From an uncultured Thermoleophilia bacterium (GTDB lineage Bacteria; Actinomycetota; Thermoleophilia; Gaiellales; Gaiellaceae), in assembly GCA_963710465.1 (NCBI GenBank), contig CAVQAQ010000009.1, forward strand, positions 22,515-86,514: DNA of 64,000 bases. The letters run 5' to 3'. The first letter of the stretch is position 1. Each line of letters starts with the position of its first letter. Position numbers and translations under genes: made by a program. Below, in pieces: positions 31,008-40,101 of the stretch. The notes beneath the pieces were generated by a model, which was not told the DNA's origin, did no database searches, and was given only the letters and a program-made list of their open reading frames with translations.

Positions 31008-31066
31008 CTGATGCCTCCTCGTCGTCGGGTGTCGTCAGCGTCTAAGACGCTTTTGACCCTGACGAG

Positions 31067-31912
31067 TTAGGAGAGCGTGTCGAGCCAGGCGTCGAGCGCA
31101 TCGCGCTCGTCGTCCGTGAGCTGGCGCAGCGGCCGGCGCACCTCGCCGGTCATGTCCACCCCGCGCCGCTGGACGATCCGCTTCAGGGCCGCATGGCGCG
31201 GGAATTGCTCCACGAAGGCGCGCAGCTCGCCGAGCGCGGCGGCGTCGGGGCCGTCGGGCCGGGCGACTGCGGCCGCGACCCGCTCCGGGAACGCGGCCGC
31301 GAGGCCGGAAACGGCCCCGACGGCGCCGGACGCCATCCCCTGCGCGATGAGCGCCTCCGGCCCGACGAAGACGTCCAGCCCATTGAGCAGGTACGGCGCA
31401 AACCGCGCCCAGGGTGCGTCCGAGACCTTCAGGCCGACGTAGTTGGGCGCGTGGTCGCGGAGCCGCGAGACGACCTCGATCGAGGCCGCGTAGCCCGAGG
31501 CGGCCTCGAATTCGTAGACGTAGAAGGGCATCGGTGCGCACGCAGCGGCTGCCGCCTGGAAGTGCGCGAGCAGCGCCCGGTCGTCGAGGCGGAAGTACGG
31601 CGGGGCGATCACGGCCACGGCCGCGGCGCCCGCTTCGGCCGCCGCGGCGGCGAGCCGGACGGTGTCGGCCGTCGTCTGGGCGCCACAGTGGGCGATCGTC
31701 GTCAGGCCGGAGCGTGCGAACAGCGTGATGCCGCGAATCCGCTCCTCGGGCGTCTGCAGGATGCCCTCCCCGGTCGTGCCGCCGGCGAGCACGCCGTGGA
31801 CGCCTCCGGCGAGCAGGTACTCCGCGTAGGGCTCGAACGCGGCGTCGTCGAGCTCGACGCCACCGGCCCGGTACGGCGTCAGTGCCGCGGCAAGCGCGCC
31901 CTTCAGTCTCAT
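31067..31912 (-). CDS. Dihydrodipicolinate synthase / N-acetylneuraminate lyase family (class I aldolase) protein
   Basis: ATG at 31912 (MRLKGALAAALTPY..). GGTTGEG motif and GLKVSD Schiff-base lysine context. The ORF extension to 32167 is rejected. Confidence 0.75.
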   Translation of the reverse strand: MRLKGALAAALTPYRAGGVELDDAAFEPYAEYLLAGGVHGVLAGGTTGEGILQTPEERIRGITLFARSGLTTIAHCGAQTTADTVRLAAAAAEAGAAAVAVIAPPYFRLDDRALLAHFQAAAAACAPMPFYVYEFEAASGYAASIEVVSRLRDHAPNYVGLKVSDAPWARFAPYLLNGLDVFVGPEALIAQGMASGAVGAVSGLAAAFPERVAAAVARPDGPDAAALGELRAFVEQFPRHAALKRIVQRRGVDMTGEVRRPLRQLTDDERDALDAWLDTLS

Positions 31913-31916
31913 GCGC

Positions 31917-32246
31917 TCAGCCGGCGAACGCCAGGACGACCGCGAGAACGACCACGATCGCGGAGATGACGAGCGCCGCGGTGGCGTAGCCCTGGCGCGC
32001 ATCGGGCCGCTCGCGCGCACCGAGCGCCAGGAACGCCGCGGCTGCGGCGATCGGAAGAGGCGGGACGAAGGTGACGCCGTAACGAGCGCGGCGCCGCCCA
32101 TGCGCCGTCGACGCGACCGTGGTGACGGCGAGGACGACCAGCCACTGCCAGAACTGGTTGTCGTCACTGCCAGAGAACGTGCCGATCGCGGTAAGGATCG
32201 CGGAGATCACGAACGAGCCCACCGCGAAGAGCGTGCGCCGATCCAC
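31917..32246 (-). CDS. Small hypothetical membrane protein
   Basis: GTG at 32246. Three hydrophobic spans (..FAVGSFVISAILTAIG.., ..WLVVLAVTTVA.., ..ALVISAIVVVLAVVLAFAG). Confidence 0.35.
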   Translation of the reverse strand: MDRRTLFAVGSFVISAILTAIGTFSGSDDNQFWQWLVVLAVTTVASTAHGRRRARYGVTFVPPLPIAAAAAFLALGARERPDARQGYATAALVISAIVVVLAVVLAFAG

Positions 32247-32273
32247 GAGGCGGGAGCGTACGCTTGCCGACGG

Positions 32274-33035
32274 ATGGCGGGCCTGCGGATCGAGCGCAAC
32301 GGAGCAGTGCTGTGGGTGACGCTCGCGAAGCCGGAGCGGCGCAACGCCTTCGACGCGGAGCTCATCCGCGAGCTCACCGAGGCGTTCGCGGACGTCGGCG
32401 ACGCGCGCGCCGTCGTGCTGGCGGGCGACGGCCCGTCCTTCTGTGCCGGCGCCGACATCGAGTGGCAGCGCTCGTCGATCGACCTCACGTACGAGGAGAA
32501 CGTCGAGGACGCGCTCCGGCTCTACCGGATGCTCGAGGCGATCGACGGCTGCCCGGCGCCGGTGGTCGCGCGCGCGCACGGCTACGTGCTGGGCGGCGGT
32601 TCCGGGCTCGTCGCGTGCGCAGACATCGTCATCGCCGCACCGGACGCCGTGTTCGGCTTCACCGAGGTGAAGCTCGGGATCATTCCCGCCGTCATCTCGC
32701 CGTTCGTGCTGCCGCGGATCGGCGCGGGAGCGCGCCGCCTCTTCGTCACCGGCGAGCGCTTCGACGCCGAGGCGGCGCTTCGAATCGGGCTCGTCGACGA
32801 GGTGGCCGAGGATCCAGACGCGGCCGTCGACCGCGCGCTGAGTGAGCTGGCCACGTCGGGGCCCGAGGCGGCGCGCGCGGCGAAGCGGCTCGTCCGCGAG
32901 GGGCCGCGCGACGAGACGACGACCGAGGTCGCAGCCCGCCTGCGCACCGGCGCCGAAGGCCAGGAGGGCCTGCGCGCGTTCCTCGAGAAGCGCCACGGCT
33001 GCCGTGGCGTCTCCCCGGACGACCCCGTTCCCCTA
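32274..33035 (+). CDS. Enoyl-CoA hydratase/isomerase (methylglutaconyl-CoA hydratase type); 3' end unresolved
   Basis: MAGLRIERNGAVLWVTLAKPERRNAF..GDGPSFCAGADI..GFTEVKLGIIP..EGLRAFLEKR. The in-frame ORF has no stop until 33332. TAG at 33033-33035 is in the +1 frame. Confidence 0.65.
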
Positions 33036-33046
33036 GTCTCCCGGCG

Positions 33047-34651
33047 ATGCCGGTCGCCAAGCTCCTGGTCGCCAACCGCGGCGAGATCGCCGTGCGCGTC
33101 TTCCGGACCTGCCGCGAGCTCGGCATCGCGACCGTGGCCGTGGCCGCCCCGGACGACCGCGGCGCCCTGCACACGCGCGTCGCGGATCAGACGGTCGAGA
33201 TCGCCAGCTACCTCGACGGCCATGAGCACGTCCGCGCGGCGCGCGAGGCCGGCGCCGACGCGGTTCACCCCGGGTACGGCTTCCTGGCCGAGAGCCCGGC
33301 CTTCGCCGGCGCCGTCGAGGATGCGGGACTGACCTTCGTCGGGCCGTCGCCCGAGGCGCTCCGTCTGGGCGGCGACAAGCTCGAGGCGAAACAGGTCGCA
33401 GAGGCGGCCGGCGTGCCGACTGTCCCGGCCGGCGAGCCGCACGAGATCGGGTTCCCGCTCGTGATCAAGGCCGCTGCCGGCGGCGGCGGCCGCGGCATGC
33501 GCGTCGTGCGCGACCCGCGGGAGCTCGACGACGCGCTCGAGGCCGCCCGCCGCGAGGCCCAGGCGGCGTTCGGCGACGACCGCGTGTTCTGCGAGCGGTA
33601 TCTCGAGCGGCCGCGGCACGTCGAGATCCAGCTCGCCGCCGGCGGCGGGACGGTCGTCGCGCTCGGCGAGCGCGAGTGCTCGATCCAGCGCCGCCACCAG
33701 AAGGTGCTGGAGGAGTCACCCGCGGTGGACGCCGAGCTGCGCGGGCGCATGAGCGACGCCGCCGTCGCGTTCGCCCGCGCGATCGGCTACCGCAGCCTCG
33801 GCACGGCGGAGTTCATGGTGGCCCCTGATCGTGGTGGCGACTTCTTCTTCCTGGAGCTGAACGGCCGCATCCAGGTCGAGCACCCGGTCACCGAGGTCGT
33901 CACCGGCCTCGATCTCGTCGCGCTGCAGCTCGCGATCGCGGACGGCGCAGCACCGGAGCCGGCGGCGCTCGAGGGCCATGCCGTCGAGGTCCGGCTCTAC
34001 GCCGAGGACCCGCTGACGTTCCTGCCGCAGACCGGGCGGGTCGAGCGGCTCCGCCTCCCTGCGGGGATCCGCGTCGATGCGGGCGTCGCCGAGGGCGACG
34101 AGGTCGGCGTCGCCTACGACCCGATGATCGCCAAGCTGATCGCGGCCGGGGAGACTCGCGAGGAGGCGCTCGACCGGCTTGCCGAGTCGCTCGCGGAGAC
34201 CCAGGTCGGCGGCCTCACGACCAACCTGCCGTTCCTGCGCTGGCTCGCCGGCCATCCCGCGGTGCGCGCGGGCGAGACGACCACCGCGTTCCTCGCCGAC
34301 TATCCCCCGCTCTCGCCGTACCGGCAGCCGCCGCACGGGCCGTGGCGCGGCGCATTCCGCCTCAACCTGCCCGCGCCGCCGCCGCACTCGCCGCCCGATG
34401 TCGCCGCAGCGGAAGATCACGGCCCGGGCGCGGAGTCGAGCTCGCTGACAGCGCCCATGCCGGGCACGGTGATCAAGGTGCTGACCGAGCCGGGCGCCGC
34501 GGTCAGCCCGCGCGAGCCACTGGTCGTCCTCGAGGCGATGAAGATGGAGACGCCGGTCGTGTCCCCCTACAAGGCCGTCGTCAAGGCCGTGCATGTGTCC
34601 GAGGGCGACCTCGTCACCGGCGGCCAGCTGCTCGTCGAGCTCGAGGAGTAG
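33047..34651 (+). CDS. Acyl-CoA carboxylase alpha subunit (biotin carboxylase plus biotinyl domain), methylcrotonyl-CoA carboxylase type
   Basis: KLLVANRGEIAVRV.., ATP-grasp KAAAGGGGRGMRVV, ..ELNGRIQVEHPVTE.., biotinylation motif LEAMKMET. Confidence 0.85.
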   Translation: MPVAKLLVANRGEIAVRVFRTCRELGIATVAVAAPDDRGALHTRVADQTVEIASYLDGHEHVRAAREAGADAVHPGYGFLAESPAFAGAVEDAGLTFVGPSPEALRLGGDKLEAKQVAEAAGVPTVPAGEPHEIGFPLVIKAAAGGGGRGMRVVRDPRELDDALEAARREAQAAFGDDRVFCERYLERPRHVEIQLAAGGGTVVALGERECSIQRRHQKVLEESPAVDAELRGRMSDAAVAFARAIGYRSLGTAEFMVAPDRGGDFFFLELNGRIQVEHPVTEVVTGLDLVALQLAIADGAAPEPAALEGHAVEVRLYAEDPLTFLPQTGRVERLRLPAGIRVDAGVAEGDEVGVAYDPMIAKLIAAGETREEALDRLAESLAETQVGGLTTNLPFLRWLAGHPAVRAGETTTAFLADYPPLSPYRQPPHGPWRGAFRLNLPAPPPHSPPDVAAAEDHGPGAESSSLTAPMPGTVIKVLTEPGAAVSPREPLVVLEAMKMETPVVSPYKAVVKAVHVSEGDLVTGGQLLVELEE

Positions 34652-34960
34652 CTAGAAGAGCTTCTGCAGCTTCATGGCCGCGCCCATGTCGCCCTTGACC
34701 TTGAGCTTCCCTGTCATGAACGCGGTCATCGGGTTCAGCTCGCCGGCGACGAGCCGGTCGAAGTCGTCCTCGGCGATCGTGATCGTCGTGCCCGCGTCCG
34801 TTGCGCCCTCGGTGACGGTGACGCCCGAGTCCTGGACGTCCACCTTCCAGGCGCCCGCCCCGGTCACGTCGAACAGGTAGCTCGCGTTGACGCCCTGAGC
34901 CCTGGCCGGCTCGACCCGCGCCTCGAGGGTGTCGAAGAACTCCTTCGCGCCTTGTGCCAC
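34652..34960 (-). CDS. SCP2 sterol-binding domain protein
   Basis: ..NPMTAFMTGKLKVKGDMGAAMKLQKLF. Convergent with the carboxylase gene and directly abutting it. Confidence 0.75.
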   Translation of the reverse strand: MAQGAKEFFDTLEARVEPARAQGVNASYLFDVTGAGAWKVDVQDSGVTVTEGATDAGTTITIAEDDFDRLVAGELNPMTAFMTGKLKVKGDMGAAMKLQKLF

Positions 34961-35003
34961 GTCCGCCTCCAGTCGTCGCCGATTTCGGCGCGAGAGTAGT
35001 GGA

Positions 35004-35186
35004 TCAGCGGTGGTGGCGCACGATGAGCGCCCGCGAAAGGTCCCACTGGGCGCGCGCGATCTCCGCGCGGTTGCGCTCGAGCTCGGACCGGCCGGCGCCG
35101 CCCGCGCGCAGCACCTGCCGCTCGTGCACGAGCTCGGCGACGCGCTCGAGCAGGTCCTCGGGGGTCTCGGAGGTCTCGATGCTCAC
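35004..35186 (-). CDS. Small hypothetical protein (DUF2630-like)
   Basis: GVG at 35186 reads as GTG. VSIETSETPEDLLERVAELVHERQVLRAGG..ELERNRAEIARAQWDLSRAL... Confidence 0.4.
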   Translation of the reverse strand: MSIETSETPEDLLERVAELVHERQVLRAGGAGRSELERNRAEIARAQWDLSRALIVRHHR

Positions 35187-35287
35187 GGAGCCAGATATCG
35201 GGCGCCTGCGCGAAAGCTTGAGCAACATGCAACGGACACATTCGCCCTCGGCGGCCGGATCCTTCTAAACGAGTAGCATCGCCGTCC

Positions 35288-36751
35288 GTGTTGATCGAGG
35301 TGGCACCTCGCCGCATCGAGGCGGCTTCCTTCGACACGCTCGCCGTCCCTGTCCGCGCGGATGCGCCGGGCGACGCTGCGGGGCTCGGCTCGATCGCCGC
35401 GCGCCTCGGTGCGCTCGAGAAGGGCGAGCTGCGCTTCAATCCGGGCGAGTCGGTCGTCCTCCATGGCGACGGCGGACGCATCGTCGCCGTCGGGGTCGGC
35501 GAGGGCCGCGACCCCGACGACGTCCGGTGGGCGGCCGCGACAGTTGCCCAGGCGCTCGCGCACGTCGGCGGCCGTGTCGGCTGGCCAATCGACCCCGGGC
35601 TGCCGCTCCCGGCCGCCGAACAGGCGACCGCAGTCGTCGAGGGGCTCGTGCTAGGCGGCTACGACCCGGGCCTCTGGAAGCACGCGCGAGACCGCCGCGT
35701 CCCCGAGGCCCTCCTCCTGCTGACCGACGAGGACGCGGACGCCGTCCTGGCCGCGGCGCGGCGCGCCGCCGTCGTCGCCCGCTGGGCGAATCGCGCACGC
35801 GACCTCGCCAACGAGCCGGCCAACACCCTCACGCCGTCGGCCCTGGCGGGCTACGCAGAGTCTTTCGCCGCCGAGCACGCACACTTCACGGCCGAGGCGC
35901 TCGGCCCTGCCGAGGCCGCCGAGCTCGGCATGGGCGCCTTCCTCGGGGTCGCCGCCGGCAGCCACCAGCCGCCCCGGATGATCGTCATGCGCTACGAGCC
36001 GCCGAACGCGCCTGGCGACCTCGTCCTCGGCCTGGTCGGGAAGGCGATCACCTTCGACACAGGCGGCATCTCGCTCAAGCCGCCGCTGTACATGGAGGAC
36101 ATGAAGGGCGACATGGCCGGCGGTGGCGCCGTGATCGCCGGTATGGCCGCCCTCGCGGAGCTCGGAACGCCGGTGCGAGCCCTCGCGGTCGTCGCCGCGA
36201 CCGAGAACATGGCCGGTGGCGGTGCCTACCGGCCCGGCGACATCCTCCGTGCGGGCAGCGGGACGACGATCGAGGTGCTCGACACCGACGCGGAAGGGCG
36301 CATAGTGCTCGCCGACGCGCTCTGGTATGCGCGCCGCGAGGGCGCGACCCATATCGTCGACTTCGCCACCCTGACCGGGACGATGGAGAAGGCGCTCGGC
36401 GATTTCTACGCCGGCGTGTACGGCGCTCCCGCGGAGTGGCGCGACGAGGTCGTCGCCGCCGGGGAGGCGTCCGGCGACCACGCCTGGCCGTTCCCGCTCC
36501 ACCCGCGCTACCGCCGCTTCATCGAGTCCGACTTCGCCGACCTCAAGAACCTCAACCGCCGCGGCCAGGGCGGCCCGACCTACGCCGCCGAGTTCCTGCG
36601 CCACTTCGCCGGGGAGGGGCCGTGGGCACACATCGACATGGCCGGCACGGGGTTCTTCACGTACTCGCGCGGCGACTACCTCTGGCAGCGCGGCGGCACC
36701 GGCTACGGCGTCCGGCTGATCGCCGAGCTCGGGAGGCGGCTCTCCGCGTGA
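35288..36751 (+). CDS. pepA: Leucyl aminopeptidase (M17)
   Basis: ..GKAITFDTGGISLKP..MKGDMAGG..LDTDAEGRIVLADAL... 487 aa. Confidence 0.85.
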   Translation: MLIEVAPRRIEAASFDTLAVPVRADAPGDAAGLGSIAARLGALEKGELRFNPGESVVLHGDGGRIVAVGVGEGRDPDDVRWAAATVAQALAHVGGRVGWPIDPGLPLPAAEQATAVVEGLVLGGYDPGLWKHARDRRVPEALLLLTDEDADAVLAAARRAAVVARWANRARDLANEPANTLTPSALAGYAESFAAEHAHFTAEALGPAEAAELGMGAFLGVAAGSHQPPRMIVMRYEPPNAPGDLVLGLVGKAITFDTGGISLKPPLYMEDMKGDMAGGGAVIAGMAALAELGTPVRALAVVAATENMAGGGAYRPGDILRAGSGTTIEVLDTDAEGRIVLADALWYARREGATHIVDFATLTGTMEKALGDFYAGVYGAPAEWRDEVVAAGEASGDHAWPFPLHPRYRRFIESDFADLKNLNRRGQGGPTYAAEFLRHFAGEGPWAHIDMAGTGFFTYSRGDYLWQRGGTGYGVRLIAELGRRLSA

Positions 36752-37881
36752 ACCTCGACCTGACGCCCGAGCACGAGCTCCTCCGCCGCACCGTCCGCGA
36801 GTTCGCCGAGGAGCGCGTGGCGCCGGTCGCCGCGGAGCTCGACCGCGAGCACCGCTTCCCGTACGAGCTCGTCGCCGAGCTGGCCGCGCTCGGCCTGATG
36901 GGCATGACCATCCCCGAGGAGTACGGCGGCGCCGGCACCGACACCGTCTCGTACGCGATCGCGGTCGAGGAGCTGACGCGCATCGACTCGTCCGTCGCGA
37001 TCACGGTCGCGGCGCACCACTCGCTCGGGACGCTGCCGATCTTCTACTTCGGGAACGACGAGCAGAAGCGCGAGTGGCTGCCGCAGCTCGCGTCGGGAGA
37101 ACGGCTCGCGGCGTTCGGGCTGACCGAGCCGGATGCGGGCTCCGACGCCGGCGCGACGCGCACGCGCGCCGAGCTGCGCGACGGCGAGTGGGTCGTGAAC
37201 GGCTCGAAGATGTTCATCACCAACGCGGGCACTGACATCAGCGCCTGCGTGACGATCACGGCGCTCACGGGCGAGGGCGAGATCTCGAACCTCATCGTCG
37301 CGAACGGGACGCCGGGCTACGAGGTCTCGCCGCCGATGGAGAAGCTCGGCTGGCGGGCGTCGGACACGCGCGAGCTGTCGTTCAAGGACGCCGCCGTGCC
37401 CGAGGGAAGCCTGCTCGGGCCGCGCGGCGAGGGCTTCCGGCAGTTCCTCACCATCCTCGACGGCGGCCGCATCTCGGTTGCCGCGATGGGTGTCGGGCTC
37501 GCTCAGGGCGCCTATGACCTCGCCTACCGCTACGCACAGGAGCGCGAGCAGTTCGGCAAGCCGATCGCGAAGTTCCAGGCCGTGCAGTTCGCGCTGGCCG
37601 ATATGGCAACCGAGATCGAGGCCGGGCGCAACCTCGTCTACCGCGCCGCGTGGCTGAAGGACCAGGACCGTCCGTTCGCGCTCGAGGCGGCCATGGCGAA
37701 GCTCTACACGGGCGAGCTCTCGCGCCGAGCCGCCAACGCGTCGCTGCAGATTCATGGAGGCTACGGGTTCATGGAGGAGTCCCCGATCTCGCGCCTGTAC
37801 CGCGACCAGAAGATCCTCGAGATCGGCGAGGGCACCAACGAGGTTCAGCGCATGGTCATCGCAAGGCACCTGGGGCTTTGA
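36748..37881 (+). CDS. Acyl-CoA dehydrogenase (isovaleryl/short-branched-chain type)
   Basis: GTG at 36748 overlaps the pepA stop (GTGA). ..AFGLTEPDAGSDA..GSKMFITNAG..LEIGEGTNEVQRMVIAR. Confidence 0.85.
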   Translation: MNLDLTPEHELLRRTVREFAEERVAPVAAELDREHRFPYELVAELAALGLMGMTIPEEYGGAGTDTVSYAIAVEELTRIDSSVAITVAAHHSLGTLPIFYFGNDEQKREWLPQLASGERLAAFGLTEPDAGSDAGATRTRAELRDGEWVVNGSKMFITNAGTDISACVTITALTGEGEISNLIVANGTPGYEVSPPMEKLGWRASDTRELSFKDAAVPEGSLLGPRGEGFRQFLTILDGGRISVAAMGVGLAQGAYDLAYRYAQEREQFGKPIAKFQAVQFALADMATEIEAGRNLVYRAAWLKDQDRPFALEAAMAKLYTGELSRRAANASLQIHGGYGFMEESPISRLYRDQKILEIGEGTNEVQRMVIARHLGL

Positions 37882-38744
37882 CCGACGGCGCCGTCACCCG
37901 CCCTGACGGCCGCACGGTGGCCTACGCCACGTGGGGCGACCCGGACGGCCGGCCGCTCCTGCAGATCCACGGCACGCCCGGATCGCGGCTCTCGCGCAGC
38001 CCGCACGAGGACGAGTACGCGAACGCAGGCGCGCAGGTCGTGACGTTCGACCGGCCGGGATACGGTCAGTCGTCGCCGTGGCGCGACCGCACCGTTCTCG
38101 ACATCGCCGATGACGCGCTCTCGGTCGCGGAGGCGCTCGGCTGGGACCGGTTCAGCGTGCTCGGCATCAGCGGCGGCGGCCCCCACGCGCTTGCGCTCGG
38201 CGTGCGCGCGCCCGAACGCATCGTCCGCCTCGGCGTCGCCGTCGGCGGGACGCCCGCCGAGCTCATCGACCCTGCCGACCTGATCGCGCACAACGCCGAG
38301 GGGCTGCGCCGCGTCCGCGAGGAGGGCCGCGAGAGCCTCGAGGAGTTCATGGCGCCGATCGCCGAGCAGCTCGCGGCCGACACGATGGCGGCGTTCGACG
38401 CCGCCATGGCCGACTCGCCAGAGCCGGACCGCGAGTGGATGGCGCGGCCCGAGGTGCGCAAGACGCTCGTCGAGGGCACCCAGGAGGCGTTCGCGAACGG
38501 CCCCGAGGGCTGGTTCGACGACGCGTGGGCACTCAGCACCGACTGGGGCTTCGCGCTCGGCGACGTCGCGGCGCCCGTCTGGTTCTGGTACGGCGAGCTC
38601 GACCGCAACGTCCCGATCGGCGCCGTCCGCCAGATGACCGCGCAGCTGGACGTCGCAGCGTTCGACCTCATCCCGGGCAAGGGCCACTTCGGGTGGCTCG
38701 AGCAAGAGGATCAGGTGCTGCGGACGCTCCTCGCCGCCGCGTGA
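37878..38744 (+). CDS. Alpha/beta hydrolase
   Basis: TTG at 37878 overlaps the upstream stop (TTGA). ..LQIHGTPGSR.., nucleophile elbow GISGGG, C-terminal ..GKGHFGW... Confidence 0.7.
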   Translation: MTDGAVTRPDGRTVAYATWGDPDGRPLLQIHGTPGSRLSRSPHEDEYANAGAQVVTFDRPGYGQSSPWRDRTVLDIADDALSVAEALGWDRFSVLGISGGGPHALALGVRAPERIVRLGVAVGGTPAELIDPADLIAHNAEGLRRVREEGRESLEEFMAPIAEQLAADTMAAFDAAMADSPEPDREWMARPEVRKTLVEGTQEAFANGPEGWFDDAWALSTDWGFALGDVAAPVWFWYGELDRNVPIGAVRQMTAQLDVAAFDLIPGKGHFGWLEQEDQVLRTLLAAA

Positions 38745-38760
38745 GATAGCCTCACCCTTC

Positions 38761-40101
38761 GTGATCTTCCGGCAGTTTGTGGACGAAGATCTCGGCTGTG
38801 CCTCCTACCTGGTAGGCGACGAGAAGGCCCACGAGGCCGTGGTCGTCGACCCCGCGTACGCGATCGAGCGCTACCTGGAGCAGGCCGAGCACGACGACGT
38901 GCGCATCGTGGCCGTGCTGGAGACGCACACGCACGCCGACCATGTCTCCGGCCACGGGCGCTTCGCGCTCGAGCGCGGCATCCCGGTGTGGATCAACCCG
39001 ATCGCCGAGCCGGCGTACGCGTTCGAGCCGCTCGAGGATGGCGAGGAGGTCGTCGTCGGCGAGGTCACGCTGCGCGCCGTTCACACGCCCGGGCACCGTC
39101 CCGAGCACACGTGCTTTGCGGTCATCGACCACACCCGCGGCGACGAGCCGTGGCTGCTGCTGACCGGCGACTCGCTGTTCGTCGGGGATGCCGCACGCCC
39201 GGACCTGGCCGTGGAGGCGCGCGAGGGCGCACGCGCCCTCTTCCACAGCCTGCATCGGCTCGTCGGACTGGGTGACGGCGTCGAGGTCTTCCCGGGCCAC
39301 GTCTCCGGCTCGCTCTGCGGCACGGGGATGAGCTCGAAGGCGTCCACGACGATCGGCTTCGAGCGCCGGTTCAACCCCGCCCTCCGCATCGACGGCGAGG
39401 AGGCGTTCGTGGACGACTCGTCCGCGATCGCCGCGCCGAAGCCGCCCAACGCGGAGCTCATCGTCGCGCTCAACCGCGGCCCGTTCGTGGGTGCGCCGGC
39501 GCCGGTCGGGCGGCTCGACGATCCTGGCGACGCCGTCGTCCTCGACGTCCGCCCGCTCGCGGTCTACCTCGCAGGCCACGCGCACGGCGCCATCAATGTG
39601 CCGGTCGACGGCTCGAGCTTCTCGACCAAGGCGGGCTTCATGCTCCTGACCGGGGAGGCGGTCGTCATCAGGGCGGCGACCGAAGACGAGGCGATGCGCG
39701 CGGTACGCGGGCTGCGCGCCGTCGGCGTCCTCGACATCGCCGGCTACGTGCTGGCGGCCGCCGACGACGAGCGGACGGAGCCCGTGACCCTGGACGAGCT
39801 CGAGGAGCTGATGGCGGACGACGCGGTCGAGGTGCTGGACGTGCGCGAGCCGGCCGAGCACGCCGACGGGTACATCCCCGGCAGCCGCAACATGCCGTAC
39901 CGCCTCGTTCGCCGCTGCGGCGATCTGCTCTCGACCGACAAGCCGATCGTCACCGTCTGCGAGACCGGGCTTCGCGCGGCCGTTGCCGCGAGTGCGCTCG
40001 CCCACGAGGGGCTCGACGCCAGGCCGGTGGTCGGCGGCGGCGTCACCGAGTGGGAGGAGCGCCACGCCACCGTGGCGTTCCGGCGCTGCGGCGACAGTTA
40101 G
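38761..40101 (+). CDS. MBL-fold metallo-hydrolase fused to rhodanese-like domain(s) (persulfide dioxygenase-like architecture)
   Basis: HTHADHVSG motif and ..HTPGHRPEH... The C-terminal half has rhodanese-like ..VLDVREPAEHADGYIPGSRNMP.. and an active-site-loop-like VTVCETGLRA. Confidence 0.75.
   Translation: MIFRQFVDEDLGCASYLVGDEKAHEAVVVDPAYAIERYLEQAEHDDVRIVAVLETHTHADHVSGHGRFALERGIPVWINPIAEPAYAFEPLEDGEEVVVGEVTLRAVHTPGHRPEHTCFAVIDHTRGDEPWLLLTGDSLFVGDAARPDLAVEAREGARALFHSLHRLVGLGDGVEVFPGHVSGSLCGTGMSSKASTTIGFERRFNPALRIDGEEAFVDDSSAIAAPKPPNAELIVALNRGPFVGAPAPVGRLDDPGDAVVLDVRPLAVYLAGHAHGAINVPVDGSSFSTKAGFMLLTGEAVVIRAATEDEAMRAVRGLRAVGVLDIAGYVLAAADDERTEPVTLDELEELMADDAVEVLDVREPAEHADGYIPGSRNMPYRLVRRCGDLLSTDKPIVTVCETGLRAAVAASALAHEGLDARPVVGGGVTEWEERHATVAFRRCGDS

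Noticed and set aside
32990-34651. Genuine enoyl-CoA hydratase / biotin carboxylase fusion protein
   Set aside because: A fusion would need the +2 frame, which is not the frame of the hydratase body. A one-base error plus a normal stop is more parsimonious. It is kept as a low-interest finding only.
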